Of a stretch of 64,000 nt of DNA, positions 25,638 to 37,204 are shown one piece after another (within the stretch, counting starts at the first letter, position 1; each line of letters begins with the position of its first letter). This stretch comes from Octopus sinensis (lineage: Eukaryota). The stretch spans positions 57,288,001 to 57,352,000 of the forward strand of contig NC_043005.1 of NCBI RefSeq assembly GCF_006345805.1, given 5' to 3'. Position numbers and translations under genes: made by a program. The notes under the pieces were generated by a model. That model did not search any database. It worked only from the letters and a program-made list of their open reading frames with translations, and was not told where the DNA came from.

Positions 25638-25858
25638 TCCTTTCATTACCGTATTCATTTTGAGATGCTCTGTGTTTCTTTCAATTATTTTAAATATAAC
25701 AAAGAATTTAGTAAAATAACTTAGTTATCATTAAGCTTGTGTTAGGATCATAAATTGTGACTACGGTTTGGTGGTATATTTTAATGAAAATCTTATGAAA
25801 ACAAGACATTTATACTACAGAGCCACAGCCGGTTTTGGCCGGGTTGGTAACAAAAGGG
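25638..25858. mobile_element. piggyBac-type MITE family 1, copy 2
   Basis: TTAA flanks; near-identical to 13283-13503. Confidence 0.9.
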
Positions 25859-25907
25859 TTAAGCAGGTTTATCTATGATCAAAGCAGTTCTGACTGGATG
25901 ATCTATA

Positions 25908-26115
25908 CTCTTTACTCTTTTACTTGTTTCAGTCATTTGACTGCGGCCATGCTGGAGCACCGCCTTTAGTCGAGCAAATCGACCCCGGGACTTATTCTTT
26001 GTAAGCCCAGTACTTATTCTATCGGTCTCTTTTGCCGAACCGCTAAGTTACGGGGACGTAAACACACCAGCATCGGTTGTCAAGCAATGCTAGGGGGACG
26101 AACACAGACACACAA

Positions 26116-26148
<33 letters not shown>

Positions 26149-26337
26149 CATCGCTAAATGATGATGATGGTATACGACAGGCTTAATTCAGTTTCCGTCT
26201 ACCAAATCCTCTCACAAGGCATTGGTCGGCCCGGGGCTATAGCAGAAGACACTTGCCCAAGATGCCACGCAGTGGGACTGAACCCGGAACCATGTGGTTG
26301 TTTAGCAAGCTACTTACCACACAGCCACTCCTGCGCC
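25908..26337 (-). mobile_element. SINE family A, young full-length copy
   Basis: Head GGCGCAGGAGTGGCTGTGTGGTAAG, internal (TA)/(TG) tract, tail ...GACTGAAACAAGTAAAAGAGTAAAGAG. Confidence 0.92.
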
Positions 26338-27023
26338 TATGCCTTTTTTTAAAAAATGTTTTTCTTTAGATATGAAATATATTTCGAGTTTTTAGCAAGA
26401 CTAACCACTGCATAAAGCTCCCGGTGGTACCACCTCCTTCTCTCATTCTAGGGGGTTGTAGTTGTTGTTCTTAGGGCTGTTCATGCTGCTGTCGCCACTG
26501 GTTATCTATCTCTGCTTTATTAGCTTTTCATTCCATTTCCATTCTCTTCTGTTTTCTTTATAATTTTTAATGTCAATTAATACATGTTCATTGTCTCTAG
26601 GACATGCTGCATTCTCCCCACCACACACAGGCTCATTCATACTCTCCACTCATACAGTGTAGCACAAAAGTGTACACATACACAGACAATAGTTTACATA
26701 CAAACATCAACAAAAGTTACCAACAGCACAAATGTGTGTGTGTGTGTAGACGCATAAACAATGGTACAATGGCACAAATGTCTATGCTTACAATGGTGTG
26801 TAAAACAAAAGACAATAGAAAGAATGGAAGCAGTATTGTCTTCACATTGTGTCCATTCTTAAGCAACCCACTGCACTGCATCCTCCTTCCTCCTTCCTGC
26901 CATAGACCTCAATTTGACCTGAAATTCTTTGCCATCTCTCTGAAAGACAATATCCAGCTTTTGCACCTATGTGCTTGCCTCTGTGTGAGTGTGTGTGCAC
27001 ATCTATATATATTTATATATATA

Positions 27024-27100
<77 letters not shown>

Positions 27101-27103
<3 letters not shown>

Positions 27104-27362
27104 ATATATAAAAGGCAGTTTGTCTGTCTGTGTGTCTGTCAGGTTCTACCCTCACCCTAACCACGGCTTTCAACTGATTCTGATGAAACTTGACACACAC
27201 ACATATCCCCAATGTCATAATTCAAAACTAACGCAGCGAAAATTTTGAAAAGTTCCCCCAGTTCTGAAAAAAATCGATAAATTCGACATGTAAAAAGGTA
27301 AAGGGCATTGCTTATCGACAAAGTTTCTTACATACCCGGGCAACGCCGGGATATGCTGCTAG
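27101..27362 (+). mobile_element. non-autonomous Helitron
   Basis: A|TC start, subterminal hairpin CCCGG-GCAACG-CCGGG, CTAG|T end. Related copy at 55112-55495. Confidence 0.85.
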
Positions 27363-27519
27363 TATATATATATATATCATCATCATCATCATTTAACGTC
27401 CGCTTTCCATGCTAGCATGGGTTGGACGGTTCAACTGGGGTCAGGGGAGCCCGAAAGCTGCACCAGTCCAGTCAGATCTGGCAGTTTTTCTACAGCTGGA
27501 TGCCCTTCCTAACGCCAAC

Positions 27520-29700
27520 CACTCCGAGAGTGTAGTGGGTGATTTTATGTGCCACCGACACAGGTGCCAGACGAGGCTGGCAGACGGCCACGCTCGGATG
27601 GTGTTTTTATGTGCCACCGACACAGGTGCCAGATGAGGCTGGCAAAACGGCCACGATCGGATGGTGCTTGTTACGTGCCCACAGCACGGAGGCCAGTCGA
27701 TGCGGTACTGGCTACGGCCACGTTCGGATGGTTTTCTTGTGTGCCACGGGCACTGGTACCACAAGAATACAAATTCCATTGATGTTCATCTATTTTGATT
27801 TGTTTTGATTTGATTTTCACTTGCCTCAACAGGTCTTCACAAGTGTCACAAGAAGGAAGGTATGCACAGGTGGACTGACTACGTCCCAGGTAGGGGCCAT
27901 GGGTTATGGCCTGACTAGTCTTGCCGGGTCTTCGGATGGTGTTTTTATGTGCCACCGACACAGGTGCTAGATGAGGCTGGCGAACGGCCACGATCGGATG
28001 GGGTTTGTCATGTGCCCACCGCACTGACTACAGCACTGATGGATTTCTTGTGTGCCACAGGCACTGGTACCACAAGATACAAATTCCATTGATGTTCATC
28101 TATTTTGTCTATTTTGATTTGATTTGATTTGATTTGATTTTCACTTGCCTCAACCGGTCTTCACAGGTGTCACAAGAGGAAGGTATGCACAGGTGGACTG
28201 ACTAGTCTTGCCGGGTCTTCGGAAGGTGTTTTTATGTGCCACCGACACAGGTGCCAGATGAGGCTGGCGAACGGCCATGATCGGATGGTGTTTGTTACGT
28301 GCCCACAGCACGGAGGCCGGTCGATGCAGAACTGGCTACGGCCACGTTCGGATGGTTCTCTTGTGTGCCACCGGCACTGGTACCACAAAGATACAGATTC
28401 CATTGATGTTCATCTATTTTGATTTGTTTTGATTTTGATTTTGATTTTCACTTGCCTCAACAGGTCTTCACAAGTGTCACAAGAAAGAAGGTATGCACAG
28501 GTGGACTGACTACGTCCCAGGTAGGGGCCATGGGTTATGGCCTGACTAGTCTTGCCGGGTCTTCGGATGGTGTTTTTATGTGCCACCGACACAGGTGCTA
28601 GATGAGGCTGGCGAACGGCCACGATCGGATGGTGTTTGTCATGTGCCCACAGCACGGAGGCCAGTCGATGCGGTACTGGCTACGGCCACTTTCGGATGGT
28701 TTTCTCTAGTGTGCCACCGGCACTGGTACCACAAAGATACAAATTCCATTGATGTTCATCTATTTTGATTTGTTTTGATTTGATTTTGATTTTGATTTTC
28801 ACTTGCCTCAACAGGCCTTCACAAGTATCACAAGGAGGAAGGTATGCACAGGTGGACTGACTACGTCCCAAGTAGGGGCCATGGTTTATGGCCTGACTAG
28901 TCTTGCCGGGTCTTCGGATGGTTTTTTATGTGCCACCGACACAGGTGCTAGATGAGGCTGGCGAACGGCACGACCGGATGGTGTTTGTTATGTGCCCACA
29001 GCACGATGGCCAGTGATGCGGTACTGACTACGGCCATGTTCGGATGGATTCTTGTGTGCCACCGGCACTGGTACCACAAGCGGTACTGACTACTTTTATG
29101 TGCCACCGACACAGGTGCTAGATGAGGCTGGTGAACGGCCACGACCGGATGGTGTTTGTTATGTGCCCACAGCACGATGGCCAGTGATGCGGTACTGACT
29201 ACGGCCACGTTCGGATGGATTCTTGTGTGCCACCGGCACTGGTACCACAAGATACAAATTCCATTGATTTTCATCTATTTTGATTTGTTTTGATTTTCAC
29301 TTGCCTCAACAGGTCTTCACAAGTGTCGCAAGAAGGAAGGTATGTACAGGTGGACTGACTACGTCCCAGGTAGGGCCCACGGGTTATGACCTGACTAGTC
29401 TTGCCGGGTCTTCGGATGGTGTTTTTATGTGCCACCATGTTCCCACATCACGGAGGCGAGTCGACGCGGTACTGGCTACGGCCACGTTCGGATGGTTTTC
29501 TTGTGTGCCACAGGCACTGGTACCACAAGATACAAATTCCATTGATGTTCATCTATTTTGATTGATTTTCACTTGCCTCAGCAGGTCTTCACAAGTGTCA
29601 CAAGAAGGAAGGTATGCACAGGTGGATCGACTACGTCCCAGGTAGGGGCCACGGATATGGCCTGACTAGTCCTGCCGGGTCCTCTCATGCACAGCACACT
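27520..29700 (-). repeat. tandem array of ~6 units (270-500 bp, mode ~330-350 bp) within the RTE 3' UTR
   Basis: CACTTGCCTCA anchors at ~27818, 28142, 28449, 28800, 29298 and 29570. Confidence 0.92.
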
Positions 29701-32700
29701 TCCATAGGACTCGGTCTTCAGTCATTTCCTTGGTGAGACCTAAAGTTCGAAGGTCGTGCTTCACCACCTCGTCCAGGTTTTCCTGGGTCTACCTCTTCCA
29801 CAGGTTCCCTCAACTGCTAGGGTGTAGCACTTTTGCACACAACTATCTTCAGCCATTCTCGTCACATGACCATACCAGCGCAGCCGTCTCTCTTGCACAC
29901 CACAACTGACACTTCTTAGTTTCAACTTTTCTCTCAAAGTACTTACACTCTGACGATTATGAACACTGACATTACACATCCATCGGAGCATACTGGCTTC
30001 ATTTCTTGCAAGCTTACGCATATCCTCAGCTGTCACGGCCCATGTTTCACTACCATGTAGCATGGCTGTACGTACACACGCATCATATAGTCTGCCTTTT
30101 ACTCTTAGCGAGAGGCCTTTTGTCACCAGCAGGGGTAGAGCTCTCTAAACTTTGCCGGCTATTCTTACTCTAGCAGTTACACTTTCAGCACACCCACCCC
30201 CGCTACTGACTTGGTCTCCTAGGTAGCGGAAGCTATCAACTACTTCTAGTTTGTCTCCCTGGAACGTGGTAGAAGTTGGTCTCTGCACATTTCCAGTGTT
30301 TATTTCTCTTGAGCATCTGCCACAGACAAAACTATTTTCTTAGTTAGCCTTCCTTTGACATTGCTGCACCTCTTATGTGTCCATAGCTTACACTTGGTGC
30401 ACCTTATAGAGTTTCTACCTACACACCTTTTTACAGATCGAGCAGGGCCATCTACCTGAAGTCGTTGTGGTTGGTCCACCTTCCTACTTATTAGGACTTT
30501 GGTTTTGGCTAGGTTGATTCTAAGGCCCTTCGATTCTAATCCTTGTTTCCACACCTGAAACTTCTCCTCCAGTTCTGATAGTGACTCAGCAATTAGAGCA
30601 AGGTCATCAGCATATAGGAGCTCCCAGGGGCATCCTGTCTTAAATTCTTCCGTTATTGCCTGGAGGACTATGATAAATAGGAGGGGGCTGAGGACTGAAC
30701 CTTGGTGGACCCCAACCTCTACCCGGAATTCTTCACTGTACTCGTTGCCAACCCTCACCTTACTAGCTGCATCTCTGTACATGGCTCGCACAGCTCTCAC
30801 TAACCATTCATCTATCCCTAGTTTCCTCATTGACCACCAGATAGGGATCGGGGGACCCTGTCAAAGGCTTTCTCTAAGTTAACAAAAGCCAGGTACAAGG
30901 GCTTACCTTTGGCTAGGTATTTCTCCTGCAGCTGTCTTACCAGGAATATAGCATCAGTAGTACTTTTCCCTGGCACGAACCCAAACTGCATATCATCTAA
31001 GCTAACTCTCTCTCTAATTAACTGGGCTATAACCCTCTCCGTAACCTTCATTACCTGATCCAACAGCTTGATGCCCCTGTAGTTATTTGTATCTAGGGCA
31101 TCGCCTTTACCTTTGTAGCAGTTGACTATTATGCTGCTACACCAGTCATTGGGTATGACTCCTTCGTGTATCACCTGGTTAACTATACGGGTGACTATGC
31201 TATAGCCGACACTACCAGATATTTTGAGCATCTCTGCAGTAATTCCTGATGGGCCTGGGGCTTTCCCTGTCTTCATCATGCTTCTAATTGCCTTAGCTAC
31301 CACGGAACTATCAACTCGGATAGCTGGTCCCTCTGTTGGGTCAACATTCGGCAGACTCTCTTTATCCCATTCATTTTCCTCATTCAGCAACCTTTCATAG
31401 TGGCGTCTCCAAGCTTCTCTCTTTGCATCCTCATTTAGCGCAAGTGAACCATCCTCCATGCGAACACATTTCTCTCCTACCACATCTCGATTCTCTCTCA
31501 CACACTGTCTTGCAACACGAAATACCTCAAGTCTTTCATCCTCACGGCGCAGGACATTGGCAAATTTTCTTTTATCTGCTTCCCCTCTGGCTAGATAGAC
31601 CTGTCTCCTGCTTCCCTTCTGGCAGTCTGATACACTTCCCTGCTACCACCGTTCTTCCAGGCCTTCCAGCCTGTTTCTTTTGTCTAATAGCCCTATCAAC
31701 AATATTGTTCCACCACCATGTTATTTTGGGTCTTAAGGGGACTTTGCACCAGCCACAGATCTGGTCAGCGGCTTTCAGCAGGTTGTCCCTCAGAAACGTC
31801 CAGTGTCTTCTACCCCATGTGTAGCTATACCCCCTTCCACTTCGTCAAAGGCTTCAAGTAACGTATCTCTAAATCTCTGTCCATTCGCAGGGTCTTTAAG
31901 CTTCCAGACCCTTCTTCTCCATGTTGGTCGTCTTCTAGTCGCCCTCTTAGTCCTGATCCTAAAGTCACTAACTACTAGTCTATGTTGTGGGGTGCATTCT
32001 TCGCGCTGGGAAGGTTTTGGCATTTATAAGCAGCCCTTTCCCTTTTTCTGGCGAGGATGTAGTCGATTTGGCTAGTATGCCGCCCGATCGGTAGGTGACC
32101 AGGTGGCTTGTTGGTTTCCTGAATGAGTTAGTGTTGCAGATCATAAGACTATTCGCATCGCAGAACTCCAGCAGCCTGGTTCCCTCCTCGTTGCGGGAAC
32201 CATAACCGTAGCCTCCATGCCACGCCATGGAAGCCCCCAGCATGTCGTCCAACATGCCCATTGAAATCACCAGCCACAAAGAGAAGGTCCCTGTCGTTCG
32301 TCAATGAGGTGGTCTGCAGTAGGGTGTCATAGAAACTGTCTTTCTGTCCATCGGGTAGCCCTGGCTGAGGGGCATAGAGGCCGATATAATGGTTGCTAAT
32401 CTATTATGAAGCACTATTCTAATCTTAAGTATTCTGTCACTTACTCTGATTACCTCAATTACTCTATCTATCCATTTCTCAGCAATAAGTATACCCACGC
32501 CACCAACCCCGTCAGTGTTCCCTGCCCAGAAAATCTTGTACCTGTGTTCCTGCCTGTGAGGAACCTAGCAGATCCTCCTCTCCACCTTATTTCTTGCATA
32601 CAACATACGTCAACATGTCTCCGTTCAAGCATCTCGACTATCTCGCCAGACCTACCTTTCAGTGTGCCAGCGTTGAGGGTGCCCACCCTGAGGGGGTGGA

Positions 32701-32749
32701 AGGTATTGACCCGAGAGGCCCAGGGACGGGGAGCAGTGCCGTCATGTAC
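29666..32749 (-). pseudogene. RTE ORF: apurinic-like endonuclease, reverse transcriptase and PHD-like finger (~1030 aa after frame correction), frameshifted as assembled
   Basis: APE motifs LRVGTLNAGTL, MQEIRW, GDFNGHVG, QIDYIL. RT motifs KGKGDALDTNNYRGIKLL, QFGFVPGKSTTDAIF, GVHQGSVLSPLLF, LLYADDL. C-terminal RLRWYGHV and GRGRPRKTW. Confidence 0.93.
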
Positions 32750-33373
32750 CTGAAAAGAAGAAGAAAACTCGCATTTGGCAGAATTCATAAGCAAAGCAAT
32801 GAACTTAAGTTCAACCTGTTACACTGCACTAACATGTTTTTGCCCCGTATGGTCACCACCATATATATATATATAATGGAAGTAATGTGCTTTAGTGCAA
32901 ACAAGCACAAGAAAGAAGTACACAGTACAGTGTAGTAGGTGAAACTTTTGGAATTCAATTCTGTTCCAACTTGCTTCTCTGTCTGTCTGTCTCGTGTGTG
33001 TGTGTGTATACTCACACTCTATCTTGTTTCAATCATTGGGTAGGGGTTCAGCCTTGACTCGTTTAGTAGAACAATTGATCCCAGTACTTGTTCTGTTGGC
33101 CACTTTGCTGACTCACTAAGTGACAGGGGATATAAACAAACCAACTATGGTTGTCAAGCATATTATGACAGGCTTCCACACAGTTTCTATCTGCCAAATT
33201 CACTCACAAGACAATGACCAGCTCGGGGCTATAGTAAAAACCACTTGCCCTAGATGCCATGCAGTGGGACTAAATCCATGTGGTTGGGAAGCAAACTTCT
33301 GAAGCACACACCCATATTTACTCTCTCTCTTTCTCTCTCTCTCTCTCTTCTCTCTTCTCTCTCCTCTCTCTTC

Positions 33374-33417
<44 letters not shown>

Positions 33418-33419
<2 letters not shown>

Positions 33420-33802
33420 TTTGTTTCAGTTATTTGACTTTGGCCATGCTGGAGCACCACCTTTAGTCGAGGAAATCAACCCCATGACTTATTCTTTGTA
33501 AGCTTAGTACTTATCGGTCTCTTTTGCTGAACCACTAAGTTACGGGGACGTAAACACACCAGCATCGGTTGTCAAGCAATGTTGGGGGAACAAACACAGA
33601 CATACAAACATATACACACATACATACACTCATATATATATATATACACATACAATGGACTTCTTTCAGTTTCCATCTACCAAATCCACTCACAAGGCTA
33701 TGGTCGGCCTGAGGCTATATTAGAAGACACTCGGCTATGGGACTGAACCCAGAACCATGTGGTTGGTAAGCAAGCTACTTACCACACAGCCACTCCTACA
33801 CC
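33418..33802 (-). mobile_element. SINE family A, full length (further copies at ~33020-33310 and 34035-34210)
   Basis: Homologous to 25908-26337. Confidence 0.88.
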
Positions 33803-33833
<31 letters not shown>

Positions 33834-34210
33834 AACAATTGATACAGGAAATAGAATATACTGGAAACTTCATTTATCACGATGGCTGTTTTGATACATC
33901 CTGCATTGCTCTCTTATAGGAAGCTATACAAGGAATTCCTGTGTATCCACAGCATACTACTAGGGACATACTTAAAACACAATTTAAATTTAAATCTAGA
34001 CCTTAATTATAACATATATATATATGTATATATTTTCTTTTACATGTCTCAGTCATTAGACTGCAGCCATGCTTGAGCACTGCCTTTTAGTCAAACAAAT
34101 CAACCCCTGGACTACTCTTTGTATTTATTCTATCGGTCTCTTTTGGTGAACTGCTAAGTTATGGAGATGTAAACATGCCACCATCGGTTGTCAAGTAATG
34201 GTGGTGGGGG

Positions 34211-34310
34211 NNNNNNNNNNNNNNNNNNNNNNNNNNNNNNNNNNNNNNNNNNNNNNNNNNNNNNNNNNNNNNNNNNNNNNNNNNNNNNNNNNNNNNNNNN
34301 NNNNNNNNNN
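34211..34310. other. assembly gap (100 N)
   Basis: Exactly 100 N; a SINE copy is cut at the left edge. Confidence 0.99.
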
Positions 34311-34814
34311 CAGATGCAAAGTGCATTGTGACTAGCGATGTATAATAGCATTCAATAGTCTGGTTGATCATGTGATACTAAATATCCAGTTTGGTACATA
34401 AGCAACTACTAGTTTAAGCATATGATCAATTATTGGCATCTGGTTTTCCTCTTGACTGCATTATTTTATATGAAATAAGTACACAACTGAAGAGTAGCAC
34501 CTGTCCAAACTGGTGGTTCCAATAGGTACTGCCCTTCCTCATAAGGCTGTCATTAACAACTAAGGGTAGTGGCAATGGTGGAGTAGACCATGTGTGTCTG
34601 TTTGAAATCAGCATTGCCGTTTATTAATGATATGTCTGAATACTTAGTTATGTATATATTATATACTCATACATATACATTCACACATATACTAATACAC
34701 ACACACACACACACATGCAGACACAAATATACATACATGCATCCACATGTACATAAGTACATATATGCATATACATATACATGTATATATATATGCATGT
34801 ACATATATATGTGT

Positions 34815-35195
34815 GTGGAGGCGCAATGCCCCCGTGGTTAGGGCAGCTGACTTGCAGTCGTGGGATCGCGGTTCCAATTGCCAGACCTGGCGTTGTGAAT
34901 GTTTGAGTGAAAATACCTAAAGCTCCATGAGGCTCCAGCAGGGGGTGGGGGGTTGCGAACCCTGCTGTACTCTTCCACCACAGCTTTCTCTCATTCTTTC
35001 TTCCTGTTTCTGTTGTACCTGTATTTCGAAGGGCCAGCCTTGTCACATACTGTCACACTGAATCTCCCTGAGAAGTATGTTAAGGGTACACATACTTGTG
35101 GAGTGCTCAGCCAGTTGCATGTTAATTTCACGAGCAGGCTGTTCCTTTGATTGGGTCAACTGGAACCCTCATCATCGTAACTGACAGAGTGCCAC
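34815..35195 (+). mobile_element. tRNA-headed SINE family E
   Basis: The 3' half (AAGGGCCAGCCTTGTCACA...GAATCTCCCTGAGAA...GAGTGCTCAGC) is shared with ~37450-37735. Confidence 0.75.
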
Positions 35196-35200
35196 ATATA

Positions 35201-35408
35201 TGAGGGGTTGTTGAAAAGTTCCTGGCTTTAAGGGTATCACAAAGGCCTGGTTGGAGGCCCAGCTTTCCGTCTTCTTTTACAGGGTTTAGAAAATTGAAGG
35301 ACCACTGCAATAAGTATGTGAATCTGAGAGGAGAATATCTTGAATAAAATCATAGATGGTCTTGTATTTTCTTTTACTCAAAGCCAGGAACTTTTTAGCA
35401 CCCCCTTG
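35201..35408. mobile_element. mariner-type MITE, copy 2
   Basis: TIRs GAGGGGTTGTTGAAAAGTTCCTGGCTTT / AAAGCCAGGAACTTTTTAGCACCCCC. Confidence 0.85.
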
Positions 35409-35959
35409 TGTGTGTGTGTGTGTGTGTGTGTGTACACACACATACTGCTCTTATACATATACATAAGTACTCGTTCATACACATGTATGCATAATCATTG
35501 ACCTGTAAACATAAACAGAATTGCTTTGTCATGAAATATGGTGATGATGCTCTTGTGTATTCTTATATCAATTACAAAATTTAATTGAAATATTAAACAC
35601 TTATACAAAAGGACTTCACTGTATTTATATTTAGCATGCAGAATGCCCCCTTGAGATATTTTCCCCAAACATATTTTTGATATTTTTAATCAGCTTCACT
35701 ACATTTTCCCTACTCTCTCGCTTTCTCTTTGTCTTTCCCACTCTCTTTCTGTATGTGTATATGATGGCAGTGTCTTGTCTGTAGATCGTGTAGAAGAGTG
35801 ACACACCCTTAAGTGCCCTATGTAAACTGATCCATCACACTCCAGAGTTTTTGTTTTCCTCCCTGCTGTTAGCACCCACTTAGATGATCTTGGTTGGTTG
35901 AAGACTTTTTTTTATACTTAGTTTATCACATGCAATGAGACCTTCCTATATTTGTACTT

Positions 35960-36310
35960 AGTATTCAGACTTTTATGGATTCCATGGACAGCGAGGCTCA
36001 CCAATGGAGAAGTTCTTAAGCAGATCAGGCTGAAAATGTTGCTAGAAGCTAGGATCACCAAGCATAGATTGGCATATTTTGGTTATATTATGCGGAGAAA
36101 ATCCCTGGAGAAGTACATCATGCTCGGAATGGTCAGTGGCAAGAGAGGAAGAGGCCGATCAAGAACCCGCTGGCTTGACACCATCAAGAGTGATACCGGA
36201 ATGGACATAGCCAATCTGAAAGAAGCGGCCCAGGATAGAACTGACTGGAGGACACTTATCCAAAGAATAACCGAGAGTTGACTTCGACTGAGCGGATAGA
36301 TAGATAGATA
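35960..36310 (+). mobile_element. RTE/BovB-like LINE 3' fragment with (GATA)n tail
   Basis: LLWIPWTARLTN...RLAYFGYIMRRKSLEKYIMLG...GKRGRGRSRTRWLD...AQDRTDWR. Confidence 0.88.
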
Positions 36311-36383
36311 GATGCAGAATGCTTCACTATCCACTAAGTATTTTCCCCTTTGGTCTAATTCATAACCAGTATAACTACATTTC

Positions 36384-36418
<35 letters not shown>

Positions 36419-36425
36419 AAACATA

Positions 36426-37133
36426 CAGGGTACAATGGGTAAATTGTTGCCATTTTATATTTTTTTAATTTTTTACATTCACTTAGTATAGTAGGTACAG
36501 TTGGGCACCATCTGTGATTAAAACAGCACCATGATGCAAGTCACTCTGCCAGAAATTTGGAAATGACATGCTGTACTGTGAACATTTCAGAATGTTGGGT
36601 GTCAATCTGAGGACATGTACCGAGAGTGATAAAAATCAAACATCCAGTCAACATCATGGTGTTTGGAGTGATCACTAGTGATGGTGACATTATGCCTCCA
36701 TTCATCTTCCCACACAGTCTCAGACTCAACACAGAGGCCTACATCAAGTGGCTGGAGGAGGTAGTGCTACCCTGGGTCTAGAGGGTCGATGCTGGAAGAC
36801 CCTATGTCTGGCAACAGGACTCTGCATCATTATGTGTTGGGTGCAGTTGAGCGAGAGACCAACAAAATTCCTTGTAACACCAAAGATGAACTGAAGGCAA
36901 GGATTATCACAGCATTTGCCAGTTTAAACAAAGAGACCGTTCAGAAGAGTTGCAGGAGATTCCAAAGTCATCTGGATGCCGAGGTTGAAGCCAATGGTGA
37001 TTTTATTGAACAAATTTATTCTTTAGTATTTCAAGGTATTTTTATGTAACTTTGGTAAATGTATCTGTTAAAATGAGATGTCAGTGTTATTTTCATTTTT
37101 GCATAATTTAGACAATTCATTCATCACACTCTG
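36426..37133 (+). mobile_element. internally deleted Tc1/mariner-superfamily (maT/DD37D-like) transposon
   Basis: KHPVNIMVFGVITSDG...MPPFIFP...GRPYVWQQDSA joined directly to YV.GAVERETNK. Degenerate TIRs CAGGGTACAATGGGTAAATTG / CAATTCATTCATCACACTCTG. Confidence 0.8.
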
Positions 37134-37204
37134 TCTGTCTGTCTGTCTGTCTGTATGTATGTATGTATGTATGTATGTATGTATGTATGTATGTATGTAT
37201 GTAT

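Larger units (their letters stand above)
27378..32860 (-). mobile_element. RTE-clade LINE, apparently full length, (ATG)n tail, flanked by (TA)n on both sides
   Basis: Contains the APE endonuclease-RT ORF below, a 3' UTR with tandem units, and a terminal CCAACCCATGCTAGCATGGAAAGCGGACGTTAAATGATGATG. The 5' boundary is inferred from the (AT)n tract at 32861-32875. Confidence 0.9.

Noticed and set aside
27172-27195. CTGATGAAAC as a hammerhead core (also ~55203)
   Set aside because: There is no stem II between CTGATGA and GAAA; it is an internal Helitron motif.
26604-27248. 214-aa ORF
   Set aside because: It runs through (TG)n, (TA)n and a Helitron, with no domain signal.
27520-29700. CRISPR-like or retrozyme-like array
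   Set aside because: The units are near-identical along their whole length with no unique spacers and no cas genes in this eukaryotic context. I found no CTGANGA/GAAA hammerhead core in the units on either strand.
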